DNA of 64,000 nucleotides from Balanoglossus misakiensis (lineage: Eukaryota; Animalia; Hemichordata): assembly GCA_040954595.2 (NCBI GenBank), contig CM082584.2:10386190-10450189 (forward strand), written 5' to 3'. Positions 13,789-28,352 of this stretch are shown piece by piece (the first letter of the stretch is position 1; every line of letters starts with the position of its first letter). The translations under genes were made by a program, and so were the position numbers. Under the pieces are notes generated by a model. The model saw nothing but the letters and a program-made list of their open reading frames with translations. It was not told the origin of the DNA and ran no database searches.

Positions 13789-16700
13789 ACGACTTCCATT
13801 TTTACCGAATTTTGTCAGTGAACAATTTCAGTGGTTATTGAAAAATCCCGACTTCATGTAACAGGCATTACAACGTCGTATCATTCATATACGAAAGAGT
13901 TGTTTAATTAACCTTCGGACCTTCGGAGGATCCCGATGCTGTATTTCCACTGTCAGTACTAAAGGCAAAGTCTGCGTCAAGTATGTGTATATATATTATG
14001 ACAATAATTCGGTTCATGTTACAGACGACTGCCTCTGCGAGTTTTGCGTTGAAAGCTTGTACTGAAGCGGACAATCACTGAACAACACTGCAAATTGACT
14101 TAGCTACCTATTTAGTTTTTGTGTTGAAACTGCTTAAGTGACTAAAGCTACGTTTGTTTAGCATATGCTTTGTCAAATTCAAGTTAGCTCCGAATAGTTG
14201 TTGAATTAAACAGCCGACTTTTTAAGTGGCAAGAGTTTCTGTGTTTGTGGTGGGGGTCTAGTGCGATCGATGGCAATTTCATTGTCGCTTTACTCCACCT
14301 ATGTAACCTGTATGATGTTGCCTTTGTTTGGGGGTCGTTGTCATGGCGATGCCCCATATCGACCGAGGTACACTTTACACCTCTGCACAGCGACACGGGA
14401 CAAGTACATTTGCCTGGCATAAACACCTTTCAGCGGCTAACAGATAGCAGGCGGGCAAGAAAGTGCAGTTTCTATTGCGAAGCCATTGTACCTGCCGTAG
14501 CTGACACCACAACGACGCAGCTGTTTTCATTTACCGCCGTCGGCACACCTACAAAAATTAGGGCAATGTTATGATCTACATGACCACACCAACAAAGGAC
14601 ACAGGCTGCTGAGTTAGAACGAGTCCTTTTGGACTTTGGCTCCGCACTGTTTCTCTGTGACCGATCGATAATCAATAACAGGGGATAATAAACCCGACTG
14701 CTTTTTTAGACACCGGTTCAGGTAGGGCTAACGAGGGATTCGAACATATTAAAAAGTGCTGCGGGAATTCTATTCGGGAATTGAATGGGGTTAAACAAGT
14801 TCATAGTCTTAATGCCGCGTCGATCACCCTTCGATCAACACAGCTCACAATCTCTTGTCCCTTGCGATAATACATGTACATGTAGACACATTCCTTTCTG
14901 CGATCCTTCACGTATTTCCCTACACTCACGGATATTTACAACTATTTTAATCTACCTGCGCACCGCGCCGGCTCAATATAACTCTCTTTCCGAATTACGC
15001 CGTGGTCATGCAGTACACGACGCCGGGTTCGCTCGCCTGGCGATGCGCTTTCATTCATTGGACACAATAGCTGTTGTCTGACCAGTGTTAGCCCGAGTCG
15101 ACGGCTCGTATGCAGATATGACTGGTAATTTTTTCACACACGCACAATAGAACTGGGAAGTGGTCGAAACAGATTTTAAATCCAAAAATGGGTTCTAATA
15201 TCTCCCAGACCCAGTCGTTTCTTCCGCGACTGTTGAATTGTTATAGAATGTGACCGAACCACAGTTTGAAGTTCTCGGGGGGGGGGGGGGGCTCCACGTC
15301 ACTGAGATCCATTCACAGTGTTGTGCACGTGACATTGGGCCGTGTCTTCCCCACCGAAGCTCTACCCGTCCTCGTTCCAGATCGACTGCCGTCGGCATGG
15401 CAACCGTCAGGCTTTGGTGGCCATCAAGGCCATGCGGAAAGTTTGTGACGGGTCGTGATGAGTTTGCTGGGCACAGGATTGACAAGAAACGGAGATGTTT
15501 GGATCAGTAGTGACCGACGTTCGTGACGGGTGTAAGAGACCACAAGCAAATACTGCTAATTACCAATCGCATTAACAAGCTATGCGGTAGAGTCGATAAT
15601 CCTTAGATTTATCATGGTCATAATTTACTGCAATGCTATATGTATATACAGCTACTAGTAGCATTGTCTTTATTGAAAAGTTCCATCTATAACAAACTAG
15701 CGCATAAAGTGACTATTGTCATAGTACATCAATGATTTAATATTGAACGAAAAAATCATCGTCGTTGCATTTGGAAATTCCAAATTCACGACTTACTGTC
15801 GACTCAATGTGGTGATTCTCTACGTCAATACAATGTATACATTTCAAATATAATTACGACGGCTGGCGCACACCGGCGTCGCAAATCATATAAAACAGGA
15901 AAAAATACCCGATTTATTTCCCGTCTTTAATTTTGATAATTATCTAGCCTTACTATTCTTTCCACTGCTTCTTCCTCGAGAAGTCTTACAAGTGGGTTAC
16001 TTACACTTACCCTGACGTCAATACATCGCAACGACACGACTCATTAAACGGAAAATGTCACCTTTGCGTCAGTTCGTAGATGGCGATTCTTTTGTACTGC
16101 GCGCAAAAAAAAGGAAAAGTGGTCGACTAATCGTGTCTTGCCCGCTCCGTGCATGAAACACGATATCCCTGGCGCTCTCTCCTTATTCATGTAAAACGCT
16201 CAAAATGTAACAGGATTGTGTGAAAAATGCCCTGTCGATAAAATTGCAATTAAAGTTGTGTCGGAGTTCAGTAAATTATTATGACAAAGCAGCGAGGCTT
16301 AAGTTTCAATTTCACCGATGGCGTCTGATGAACTCCACGAGCGATGAGTTCCACGCTCCCGGTCACTCTTTTTTTTATCGAGGAAGTGTTCACAGTTACG
16401 AAAATCGATTATATCCCTTTGGTAGATTACAGGTGTGGGATGCAATTGCTCGCGAAGAGCGAGTACAATCACTCCTTTCAGCAAGCCCGTGGAGTAATTT
16501 TCTAAATTGTCGTAGATCGTTCGGTGTCGAGTTCACCCTTTTGAACTGTCTTGCATTATTTAAAATAAATCGCTACGCGATCTCCTGGATCCCCGTCAGA
16601 CATGGCTGCTCTTCATCGTCCTCCCTATTCCATTTCTGCCACTTGTGGCGCCCTTCAAACGCCGGTTCTTGCTTGAACAAAATGGCGCTGCCCATGCCCT

Positions 16701-19700
16701 ACATATCGAGAGACTAAAGTTACACACTGGGTTACAGGTAAGGCGCCAATCAACATCACAATAACGACGCTGTGTTGACTTTCGCCGCATTTCTCCCAAA
16801 GAGCACTGCATGTATGTCGACAGGAGTCGCTAACATCTGCACGGAGTCTATTCTAAACGCGTGATAATAAAAATTTCAATGTCTAAAATTGGTCTCGACA
16901 AGGGCGCCACCGTAGCAATTTCCGTCATCCTATAAACCTCTGACATTGAATGAATACTAAAAAATTAACTTTGGTAGACCTCGCTCTGATTTTAATTCAC
17001 CCTAAACAAGATCTGGTTCACAAAAATTGAAATGGCGAAAATGAGTATCGAGAAGGACGTCATTATTACAGTAAAATGATTGACGTTTAAAAAAGGAAAT
17101 TGCGAAGGCCATCTCTGTACTGTTTGACGTAAATTGGTAAACGTGCGTGCGTTGTATTGTGTTCTGCGCTTTGGTGTGCCAGGACGGTAGTGCGTGTCAG
17201 TGTGTGTCCACAGTACGTATATGTGTGTGAGGACAGCGAGAGATAGAGATTTCTTTTAAAAAAACTTAATATACGCTGTTTACTTATTTTGAATGTAATG
17301 CCATGAACTTGGTTTAATTCGCATTTCTATCAATCCTAGCCTGTTCGTGACGCGCTCGCATATATTGGCATCGGGCATGACTCTGAATGGGGGAAGACGG
17401 TCCGATCAAACAGAACAAGGGGGGGGGGGGGGAACAGACAGTAAATCAGCAATCCTGTGGTTGACAATCAAGTTCAACCCTCGTGAAGTACTCGCCTTTG
17501 TTCGTGTTCATGGCTCGGGGAGTGGGGCATTTAGTAGGAGAAAAACCGCAAAGCGTGAATTGCGTGGTTAAGGATTATCCGTGAGGGGTTCATTATAAAA
17601 GTCCTCACAACCGTAACCCATTTACATAAAAACACGACTTGAGCCCTGTTGTTCTAACCAATTTTGCGAGAGATAACGTCTGGATCAGTTGGCTACAGAT
17701 ACAAGTTTACGCTTTATTTTCTCCTTCTATCTCTGGCATTATGTCACATATCACAAGCAACCAGAAATCGTAGCGATCCACGGGCAGGCCATGATACGGC
17801 ATATCTATGACGTCCTTTTGTCGGTAACCAGGAAGGAGTTAACAAACATGGCTCGTCTTATTAGTGGTTCCGTCAAACCATATTCCATTTCCAAAGAGTT
17901 CCTGCAAAATCGAGACTGCCCGAGACACGGACAATTGTGTAAAAATGGCGTGTGTGTGGCAGACTCAAAGCAAAGCCTTTTAATCCGTAATTGTGCGGAA
18001 GGGGAAAACCAATAGCCGGCAAAAGAGACGGACGCCGGTAGAGCCAAGGACTCAACGGATTAATTATCTAAATTTTAGGCGATGGCTGTATTATCCAATC
18101 GATATCACTGCGTCCACGGTTCTCGTTTGTGATTGTTAAATCATGTATGCAACCCTACCATATTTTTTTCTCCCGAAAATTAGGGGAGCCCATTGCTTTC
18201 CAAGCGCGCACCCTCTCCCTCTTCCTCTCCGCTTAAAAGCCTTTAAAAGAAACTTTTTGCTCGACTTGGCGGTTTGAAAAGTTGGTTAATGCGTTTCGTG
18301 GTATTAATTCTGTATCACTTAACCAGATTGGAACATAACTGGGCCTAATTTCTTCAATTGGTTGCAAACTTCCGTCTTCCTCGGCGTTGTTTAAAACACT
18401 ATCCCCTGGTTTCCCTCCACCCCTTGTAGGTCACACGGTGGCTGCATCGTTGACTCGCGATGAGAAAAAAAAGCGTACACGTGTTCGTTGCAGGAGAAAT
18501 GAAACTGATGTGGTAAGCGAGCAAAATATTGACAAATCGCATCTAGTTTGGATTGCTGAACGAAATGGAAATATCCCAACGACGGTCGCCGCCGCGAACT
18601 GAAAAATTTGGTTGCGTTTAGTATTGGCGACCAGAAACGGAGGCATATTTTCCCAAGCATGTGTCTGCCTGTAAACAATGGCTGTGATGGTGGATTGGGT
18701 GTAGCAGCCGAGGGCCTGAAACCAGATATCAGCGCCGAGTCAGACACGCAGCGCTTCTAATGACATTTCAATTTGGGGTAATTAAGCCATTTTGCAAAAT
18801 TTCCACCGTGGATTGGAATACTACGCGGCCCTTGCATATTGAGCACGCCGTGGGCCATACGCTTGTATCCCGCAGCAATTTCACACTATAGGTTGACTCC
18901 ACGCACGATGAAACAAAATATTTAAAAAAAGAGGAAAGCCCTTGGATAAAGTGGACTATTTGGCCCTAGGGGACGATATTACGCCACAGTGGAGGTTCTT
19001 TAAAAGCAGTTCTGGGCTACTTTGTCATGAAAATGAAGTCTTTGCTTCTCGTTTTCCCCGGCTGTTTAGAGTAATGTGTTGAAAACTGCGTGACCCAATC
19101 TGCGCTGGTAATTGACTTTATACTTTTATTTACTATCATTATAAAATTGCAGTCAAATGTGACCAAAAGCGGCGCAATTAAACGTCACCGCTATGAAATT
19201 GACATTAAAAAAAGAACGCTCTTTGCGTCGGTAGTAATTTCGTGTCAACGGTGTTGGCCCTCTTCTTCAAAATCGGGACATTTTTTTATCTTTCTCGCGG
19301 TGATGAAGGGAAAATTCGTCGAGGTCCAACTTAAACTGGAACTTGTTAGATTAAATCTGGGCTAAATCGTGGCAGAAATTCGGCAGTTTTGTCCAACGTT
19401 TGCTAGAAGCCAATTGATTGACACCTCTGGCGTTGAAAAATCTGATACTCTCTCGCCGTGGTACAAATACGTAATCGACGCTAATGCACGGTGAAAGGAG
19501 TTTTCTAAACAGTCCATTTCGTAAACAAAGACTGTTTACAAAGATTCCATCGATTATACACCTTCTTCTTTCTGAACAAACGTTCTAATTATCCACGGCA
19601 CGCTGGAAGGTGTTAATTGACCCCTGGCTTAATTACTTAATTGATTCATTTGCCGAAGACCTCTACGCCCGATGACAGCAGTACTTAGTAGCGGCCCCAG

Positions 19701-20141
19701 TCGTTTGCGAACACCACAATTTTGCGTTCTTTTTATTGCCCATATAATCCCCATTAATTTCTTGAGTAAACCCTTTTTTCCAGATATGAAATAAAACTTA
19801 TCGAGAATAGCCCTTCCTGAGTAAAAAAGAACTCCGATAGAACCCCAAAAAGTAAACAACGATTGTTTGTGAACTGTCCTATTTGTTTTGAAAGTTTGCT
19901 TCGTAATAATTGTTTTCAAGGCTTGGCTATCAAGCTACTGAGCAGGCCAGTCACGATGAGCCGTCCAGAATTCTGTGCGCGCGGTACAAAAATGGAAAAT
20001 TCCCCTCCTACGAACTGACGCAAAGATGACACGTTCTGTTTAATTTGAACTTTTGAAACTTACGCAAGTGAAAGTGATGTCGTCGTGGGGTTCCGTGTTT
20101 GTCGACTTGTACGATAGTTTAAACTTTAATTAATCGAAGCT

Positions 20142-20346
20142 AGTATTCAAACAAGGTCGAGCCACACAGCAAGGCTAACTTATCAGGAAGCGAACAGGAA
20201 ATAAAAAAGTTATTTCTGTTAAAATGCTAACTGATCAGTAAGCAAACAGGAAATAAAAAGTATTCAAACAAGGTCGAGCCACACAGCAAGGCTAACTTAT
20301 CAGGAAGCGAACAGGAAATAAAAAAGTTATTTCTGTCAAAATGTTA
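20142..20346. repeat. Tandem duplication, period 117 bp
   Basis: agtattcaaacaaggtcgagccacacagcaaggctaacttatcaggaagcgaacaggaaataaaaaagttatttctgt starts at both 20142 and 20259 and is near identical. Confidence 0.92.
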
Positions 20347-21630
20347 TAAAATGTAACTTGTTTACAATCCGACTGCATGGCAGCTGAAAAATCACCCTGT
20401 TAAAATCGGCCGATGGGGTTTCTTGCATGTGTAACCGTTTCTCTTGCCCTGTTGCATTTCTTTCTTTGTCCCATGATACCTTCGAGAATGAATGAAGATT
20501 TGGCATCATTTGCGAATAAACTGCAATGCACTGCAATTGAAAATGAAACAGTCTAGCCCCCTGACACACAAACTAGAACAAAGTAACTAGTGTCTTTATG
20601 GAGACACGTGCTTTGGCTTTCACGAGTCGTGAGAACTCTGCATCCCACAGCTGACAATTAATTCGCAGGCAGATTTACCGGTTGGTTTGTCCCTTCTTCT
20701 GTCGGGGAGTATTGGAGTAAGGCTAAACGCTGCCCGGATAAGCCCCGCCATTGGCGCGGCGGCCGCGTTAGCCACAGACGTTTCAATGCTGAGTTCGATT
20801 CATTGAGATGCCATCCAAAGTAGACGGCATTTATCACAGAGAGCTCCCCTTTTGTTGCACATTCTTGTTGCGTTTTTTTGAAAGTCATAACGCCAGATTA
20901 GCTAATTAATTAGTTTATAATACAATTTAATCTACCCATTTGCTGAGCACCTTTTTATACTCTTTCAAATCGCTTTTGCTTTGAGTAAGACGTCTTTTGT
21001 TTGCAGTAATGGTATTCAGACGGGGCCGATCGGAACACAAGACGTCCAACCGAAGACCTGGCCAGTGTGATCGACCGAACCGACAGGAAACTGACTGGTT
21101 AACATTTTCCAGGGCCCCATTACCTCTTTATCTCGCGATTTTCTTTCTCAGATGTGTTTGCTACCTGACAGCTTCGTGGGAAACAGAATTGTTTCGCACG
21201 CAAATTATGCATTTGCATGTGCGTCCATGTCGCCAACTCGGCCCAAGAGGGCGATAGATAGATAGTTGCAATGTGTTATTTCTAAGAGGGTTTCAATAGA
21301 CCCTGGAGCGAGACCATTTTTCCAAATGTAGTCGAGTTTCCATAGTTCTCAGATAGCGCCTATGGCTAAGACAACCAGTTCTTGTAAGGGTATTGCTCGT
21401 TGTACCGTAACCGGTCAAAGTGGCTGGGAAAGTGCTTTGATACAGAAGAAAGACGGGAGACGGCAAGAAACTGTGATATGGCTGGATCAACACAGTTAAA
21501 ACTGGAAAATTTCAAATTAAATTGTGTTATTCAATACATGTTTTACCATATTCAAGATTTGTGCGTGTATTTGTACCAGATTTCCATGTTTGTAACAACA
21601 TTTACTTCAATGTATAATCTGTAACAGTTT

Positions 21631-22400
21631 TATCTAAAGGATTGAATGTACGAGTGGGGTGCGGACCGAGGGCAGTTCAATATCTGGACGATCGCACGAC
21701 ACTAGTAAATTATCCAGCGTACAACGCGTAGCATTCCGACAACATTTGTGATCTTTGTATGCTAAATAACTTCTCAGCCGCATCAACCAATCACAAGCTT
21801 CATAAAATGCACCTGGTGAATGACACATTTCGATTGGCTAGTTGTCAGACAGTTCATTTGTCGGATGGTCAGTGAGGTGCCACGTTTCCAGCATCATGCG
21901 GAACTCAAATCTTTGACGTGCAAAATTCGTGGCTGAAAGTAGCGACGAGAACGACCTTTTCGTTATCCAGAGCAATTTTCGACACCCAAGTGAAAGTGAA
22001 GGTCATGACGATATGGACTGGATTTCCCAAGATTTTGGTAGCGTCATTGAAGAGAATGTACATGGACCATCGGTCATGGAAAGTTACTTTTCTCCTGGCT
22101 TGCAGCCTCCGTTGCGTACATCGTCCACTGTAAGTCACATTTTTCTGTCATTTTCCCTTCAAAACTTGTAAATTTAAAGTTATTCTATGATTAGGAATTT
22201 TCGGTTGTGCGTCAGCAAGGTACTTCAAAGAAGTTTCGGTACGTCAAGTAAACCGAAAATTTTCAGGCGAACTCGTGCGCGAGGTAGAAATGAAACCCCA
22301 ACCAAAGGTCGAGCCCAGCACAGAGAATACGGAGAAAGATGGCCGAACAAAGTATGTGCACCTGGAAGTAGTTCTTCCTCGCAACAGGTACATGCACGGT
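21631..22400 (+). mobile_element. Possible degenerate DNA transposon (Crypton-like) fragment
   Basis: Imperfect inverted repeat 21649-21663/21693-21707 (12/15), followed by an exon-like acidic ORF (AESSDENDLFVIQSNF...) ending at a GTAAGT donor at 22130. No recombinase domain seen. Confidence 0.25.
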
Positions 22401-25012
22401 CGGTGGGGGCTCCTACCGTCCGCTTGCCTGGGGCGAGATTTCCCCTCTACATAATTTTGATCGATTTTGGAGACAATCTTTGCGCTTGGCAGAAAAATCC
22501 CCAAATACACAGCTTTCGTTGTTGCGTTTCCGCTGATCGATAAGAATTAAGGCAGAGTGCGAGTCGATAAAGTTATTTTTTATTAACACGCTAATTAAGT
22601 TGATACGGGTGCGAGGGACTCGTACGACACGGATCGGAGTGTTCCAAAGCTGGAGGATGACTGGGCGACGCTGATCTGTTATATGTCTCTAGTCGTCGTT
22701 TTCATTTGGTCAGATTTTACCACCAATGTTCACTGTTCTGAATCTCTCCATTGCTCACCCACCGTGTGCGCTCCGTTGCTATGGGGGGAAACAATCAAGG
22801 AACAACTGTGGCGTGGTTGATCTGTTTGTTGAGCACTTACGATCAGTTTTCCTAGCGCGGTGTTACAAATCGCAGCGGTTTGCTTTGAAGCTCTGCTTCA
22901 ACCTGTGAATGCTCGGACTTGTCCCGCGGGCACCGTTTATTTCATTCCACGGTCGCCCGCAGAATCTCATCACGTTTGCTGCAAAATGAACGACGCCACC
23001 AGCGACCGTCTTTCCGTCTGAACGACCCCGGCCCCATCAACCCACCGCCTCCTTGCGTGTACTAGTACACGTATTATCTAGGCAACTGCCGACATGGCTA
23101 TCGAATCTCCAAGCTCTAGGCTTACTAACCATCCAACAACTTTTTTCTGATATCATTGACCAATTTCTTTTAATTCTTAATTTGTCCAACTTGCGATCCG
23201 CCTGATATTGAATTTCAACACGGGTTGTCGAAGCCCACGCCGAACCAAACCACGATATAGTCTAAACTTACACACATTACCAACCATGAATATTAGATGA
23301 GGTATTAAACTTTAACTTGTCAACAACAAAGGACAAAATGAGATTAACCTATTGATCATTCAGTATTTTTTTTCGAAATGGTGTAATTTTAATGGTTTAA
23401 AATAACAAAAAACATATGTCAAGGAAATTTCGGGGTAATACCTTGTCTAAGTGCAATGAAATGATACGTACGGTAAAAAAACGGCTAATTTAACGTAAGT
23501 TTCGAAAAGACAGACAAAACAACCTAGGACAGATGGGACGAGAGGGAGAGAGAGACTAACTTTATTATGCATGGAAAGGTGTCAGAATCGAAAAAATGGA
23601 CCCTTTATTACGCTATTGTGGACCGTTTGCATTGAAAGCTATCGATCCCTACTAACAAATAAACAAAAGGTGTCGGTTCAAATTATGAAAACAAACTCGA
23701 GGCTTTAGCCGGCGTTTGTCTAGGCTTTCAATGTAGTCTTTACGCATCTGCATATCCAAAGAAGCCGCCCGCCCTGGAGCCATTAGCGAGTGTGCACACC
23801 TGCAATCCAAGGGCGACTCGAATCGTCCCCCCACCCCATCGGCCGATTCTATTATTTAAAAGACTAAGCCAGCTTTACCGTACGCCTACTCAATACGTGT
23901 TGTTTTCGGAGGAAATTGTCACTGAAGAGCGAATGTGTAAAAACATCCTGGGACAAAGAAAGGAATGTGTTTGAAATCGTTTAAAAATGTTTAGGGGAAA
24001 AACAAGATTAGCACGGAAGAACAGTCTGGACGCGGCTGTCGCCCGCCACTTTCCAAATAGATTTCACATAACAGGTTTTCGGTCCAATTAACTAATCTGC
24101 AAAGCTAGATAATTAAAAGTTTTAAATTTAGACGGTCAATTATTCATGACATGTTTGCGGCGTAGTAATCTTCCAGTTGCTAGAATCGAAGTTTTTGTCT
24201 ACGATGAAGCAATGTAATTTAGGTTTGTCAACACTGAAGTGCGCGTGTCTCCCTCACCGTATTGATGTATACTAGTATTACATATGTACGTACACGCACA
24301 TGTCTGTGCGTATGTGTGTAATATACTCGGTGGTCTACATCTGTGACAACTGCTGATTGAAAATCAAACTGAGAAATGAGGATCTGATTGAAATATATTT
24401 AAAATACGTGCACCCTTGAAACCTTTTCGTTTTCTTCCCATCCCCTCGTTACTTTGGTTGCACTCGGCAAATGCGTCAATTCCCCGCAATCAAAACTATC
24501 CAAAATGTGTTTTTTTTATATGTTTTTTTGAAACTACGTCTATTTGACCACACTTTGGCGATTACAGTTTGCCTTGAGTTAGGGAAAGGTTAGGGAAAGG
24601 CGGTAGTAAAAACGAAGTATTAGCAGTCTGGCCACTAGAGTGCGACATTCATCAGTCTGTAGTCTGAGATCCAAACATGCCTGATGAATCAGAGCTATAG
24701 GCCTACGAATTCCTGATTACTATTGCTGCAATATCCACCTTCCTTCATTCCATGACCACGAAATATCCTAATTACCAAAGTCAGACTCCACGCGGGTTCG
24801 TAACCACGACAACCGTTTCACAGAACTCGCAGAGCCATCGGTTAGCTTTCTATACTAGAACCCCGGCCGACTTGATTAATTTGCATTGGCGAGTTTAATG
24901 TGACGATATTTCTTTCGGGCTACATTATCGCTTCCTCTGACGTAGTGCAGTGAATTACCTGGCCCTAAACCCCTCTGTATGAATAATCTCCTAGTATATT
25001 ACGGACCCCCTC

Positions 25013-25026
25013 GTTTCTATGACAAC
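25013..25026. promoter_or_regulatory. RFX X-box motif
   Basis: GTTTCTATGACAAC matches RYYNYYATRRNRAC. Confidence 0.45.
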
Positions 25027-27226
25027 CTTATTCGCCCTTTTCAAATTCCCCGTAATCCACATCAATCCACAGAATATTGAATTGTCGCAAGAAAACCAGC
25101 GTTGTCATATCGAATATGTGTATCAGAAACCTCAATGATAACTTGCTGCAACATTTTCATTTAGCGCGTTTAATTTCATCACACACAAAAATGATGAATA
25201 AAAAGGTAAACACATACATGTACTTTCATTTATGTGTAAATTGTATGGATATTGGCAGTATCTAAAACCACACAAAACCAACACTGTGAATTTATGGCCA
25301 TCTTTTGATACAAGTAGTTCCGGTTTTTACTATCCTAAACTGTTTACATTACTGAGTTATCGTTGGATATAGTACAGGATATCGACCAAAATAAAATAGC
25401 TCAGCAGAAGAAATTGTGTGTAGCATATGATGAAAGGACCATTATATTTAAAGAACCAATTTAGAACCTTATGATGTTTCTTTCGTTGCACTCGGCTATT
25501 GAACATTTATTTATATAGTATCGATTGGACTTTCTATCGTTTAAAACACGTTTTTTTAGAGTGACGTCATCATCTTTTTTCAAAGAAGCGGCATTATTTC
25601 GAAAATCTGTGAGTGCGTTAACCCTTAGGAGGAGGATTGAAAAGATGCAGTAGTCACCGTAATTTCTTTTAGATATTTTCTTATTTTAAATTACTGCGGG
25701 TTAAGAGGGAAATTAACTAATACTTCATCAAAACCAAAGTGACCTTGTGTTATTTCCTATAGTGCTCAGTTTCAATCAATTCTAAAGATTTTTGAAAACA
25801 TTTTCATCGCAGTATAGAAAAAATGTACACGTCTGTTTTCACACATCGATATCTTCAAACACGATTCGTACGAACCTTTCAATTGTCAAACCTCTTCCGT
25901 GCAACATTGAAATGTTAATAGTTTATACGTAGGCGCAAGTAAACGGTTAATTGCCCCCCCCCCTTCCCTATGATTAAGCACTGAGCTCAGATTTGCCCCC
26001 GAAGGTCTACACCCACGTTTCATTACCGTGTTCACAGCTCTGCGTACAGTCAGACATTGCTACTGTATGTATAAGTGATGGCCAGGCCTGATCCAGACCT
26101 CCCACACAGCCTCTGAAAATAGAAACAGACCTAAATGTTATTTCACGGGGCCTGTTACCAGCAGGTACTGATCGAACCCCTGCTTCAGGCATATCATGAA
26201 ATCCGCCAGTGGTTTTCTATAGCTGCACATTTGTCATTCATTTTCGCGTGTATTTCTAGGCGAGGGGTATATTAGATAGGTTGATTGATTGTTCATGCTT
26301 ATTTGTCCAGGCATTAATTCGTAATTTAACCATGAGCCACATGCATAGGTCCATAATCCAAATAATTAAAATATTTAGCGAGAGCAATTCAAATTACCAG
26401 GCGCATATTGCTTCCAATGCAGCTGGTTGTAATATACGTGCATTAGGCCTATATTTTGATTTTTTAGTGTAAAATGCCTGTTGAAGACCAGATGACATAG
26501 ATTTGTGTTCCTGCATGAGCGCAAGCCTTTTCCCCGTGACGTTTTATTAACACTTTTACTGTGTGACCGATTTGCTCAATGAGTGATATTCTTTAGGGCT
26601 CATATAGCAAAGCCATACATTTAAATTAAACTTCCGAAATCGAAGGATATTGCGAGAAAACATAAAGAACCGATGGTAATTACTGGCGCTGCACTTGCAG
26701 TTGCTTTTGTGTGTTCTTGATTGAAGGCAATCAATACCGCTTGGAATCCTCCGCATTAGTGAAGGAATGCGCATGATGCAGGAAAAGCCTGCGCGACTGA
26801 GTTGGCAGGGACTCACGCCGACCGAATAAACGTCTGTAGTTGATTACACTCGAAAATGGATAATTAATTTCAAATTACGATTTAATTAACCTATGCCACC
26901 CACAAAGCAATTAACCCGGGCGAGTAATTAATGAATATATGGCGCAAATTACAAGCGATTAATTAATAAACCGTTTACATTGTGTGTTTTCTCACTGCGT
27001 AATTGCGGCCGAAGGAACGTCGACTTGAAGCTGCGGGGATCGCGCCGGCAATCTAACCCCCCATGTCAGATATTGATTCAAAATTACTTTTCCTTTTAAA
27101 ATCGTGATCACCGTGTATCTTCCGGTTCAGTGAGTTCATTAGAAAATTTCACTTGTAGCCGTTCCATGATGCAACCACCGATGATGAATAGCTCGCCCCG
27201 ACAACCACGGCGCAAGTTGTTAGTGA

Positions 27227-27251
27227 GTCGCCATGGCAACACCATGGCGAC
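27227..27251. promoter_or_regulatory. RFX X-box within an inverted repeat
   Basis: GTCGCCATGGCAAC matches the X-box, followed by ACCATGGCGAC; arms GTCGCCATGG/CCATGGCGAC. Confidence 0.55.
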
Positions 27252-28338
27252 GCCGACGACCCGGCTTGTGAGTCCTCCTCGGTTTAATACAAGTGGAGGA
27301 TTACTCCATTAAGGGGGCACGGAATTCCTGTCGAGATGCACTTAGAACCTGTTTGCCCTGTGTGAAAAATCTTACAATAAGTGTGAAAAATTTCATTAAA
27401 AACGCTGACATGTCGGATGCATTACCTTGTACTAAGGGGAGTAATTCAGCAGGCGAGTGGTGTGCACATATTATATGCGTTTTACTAGAAAGCGGGAACC
27501 GAAAAATCGTTTGCTGTTTTATCTGTGCAATTCTGCCGCGTTCCTCCGTCGATGAAACACTGACTAGCAAAAATGCCCACGAAGCCATCAAACTGTGTGA
27601 TTGACTGTTTTGCCAGACGACACACAATATGCATATTAATGGAGAGTTGGCGCGTATACACGGTGATATTCATGAGGTGTGTTATCGTCTTTCAAGTGAA
27701 CAAGTGCAGCCTGGACTGTCGGGCAGTAATACGATAGCAGCCCCTCTTAAAATTGCACATTTCTCCTTGGACAAATACTAAGCTCTTCAGCAGGTACAAA
27801 TGAAACCCTTCAACTTGATAGTGTTTCATGTGCCATGACGTGCGCTCTTTTAATAAGACACTTTATGTCCCCACGGAAATACAACCATCAGAATGTCGAC
27901 AGCTAATTTACTCTGGTATAACAGGTTCGGTGCACGGGTATTGTTATACCCGGCTGTAACATCTTCAATTATCTCTGCATGAGTTGCCCTCTGAGAAAAT
28001 ACTGTCATGGCATTGTAATTTGCTGACGAACCGTTGCGTCTTTTGAATAATTCTAGTCGTCGACAGAAGCGCCGAAACCATGGCAAAAAGACGCGTGCAA
28101 ATTTATTGGTCGGGGGCTTGGACGAAACCATTGTGTCTCGGGTGCGGAGGAAGTAAATGATACGGCTCTCCGAATAATGCCTCGTGGAAATTGCGTGTAT
28201 TCAAAGTAAAGCACTTTAAATCGAGTGCTGGAAACCGTTCGAGTGACTTTCATTTCTTTGCGATGTGTGTACAGACGGAGATGGTTTGGAATGTATTCAG
28301 CGGTACATTCTAGTTGAATGTGCGCTGTTTTCTCCGAA

Positions 28339-28352
28339 GTTGTCATGACAAC
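28339..28352. promoter_or_regulatory. Palindromic RFX X-box
   Basis: GTTGTCATGACAAC, a perfect 14-bp palindrome about 750 bp upstream of the second ankyrin ATG. Confidence 0.55.

Noticed and set aside
14736-14745. Pol III B-box (GTTCGAATCC on the minus strand)
   Set aside because: No A-box or cloverleaf nearby; not a tRNA.
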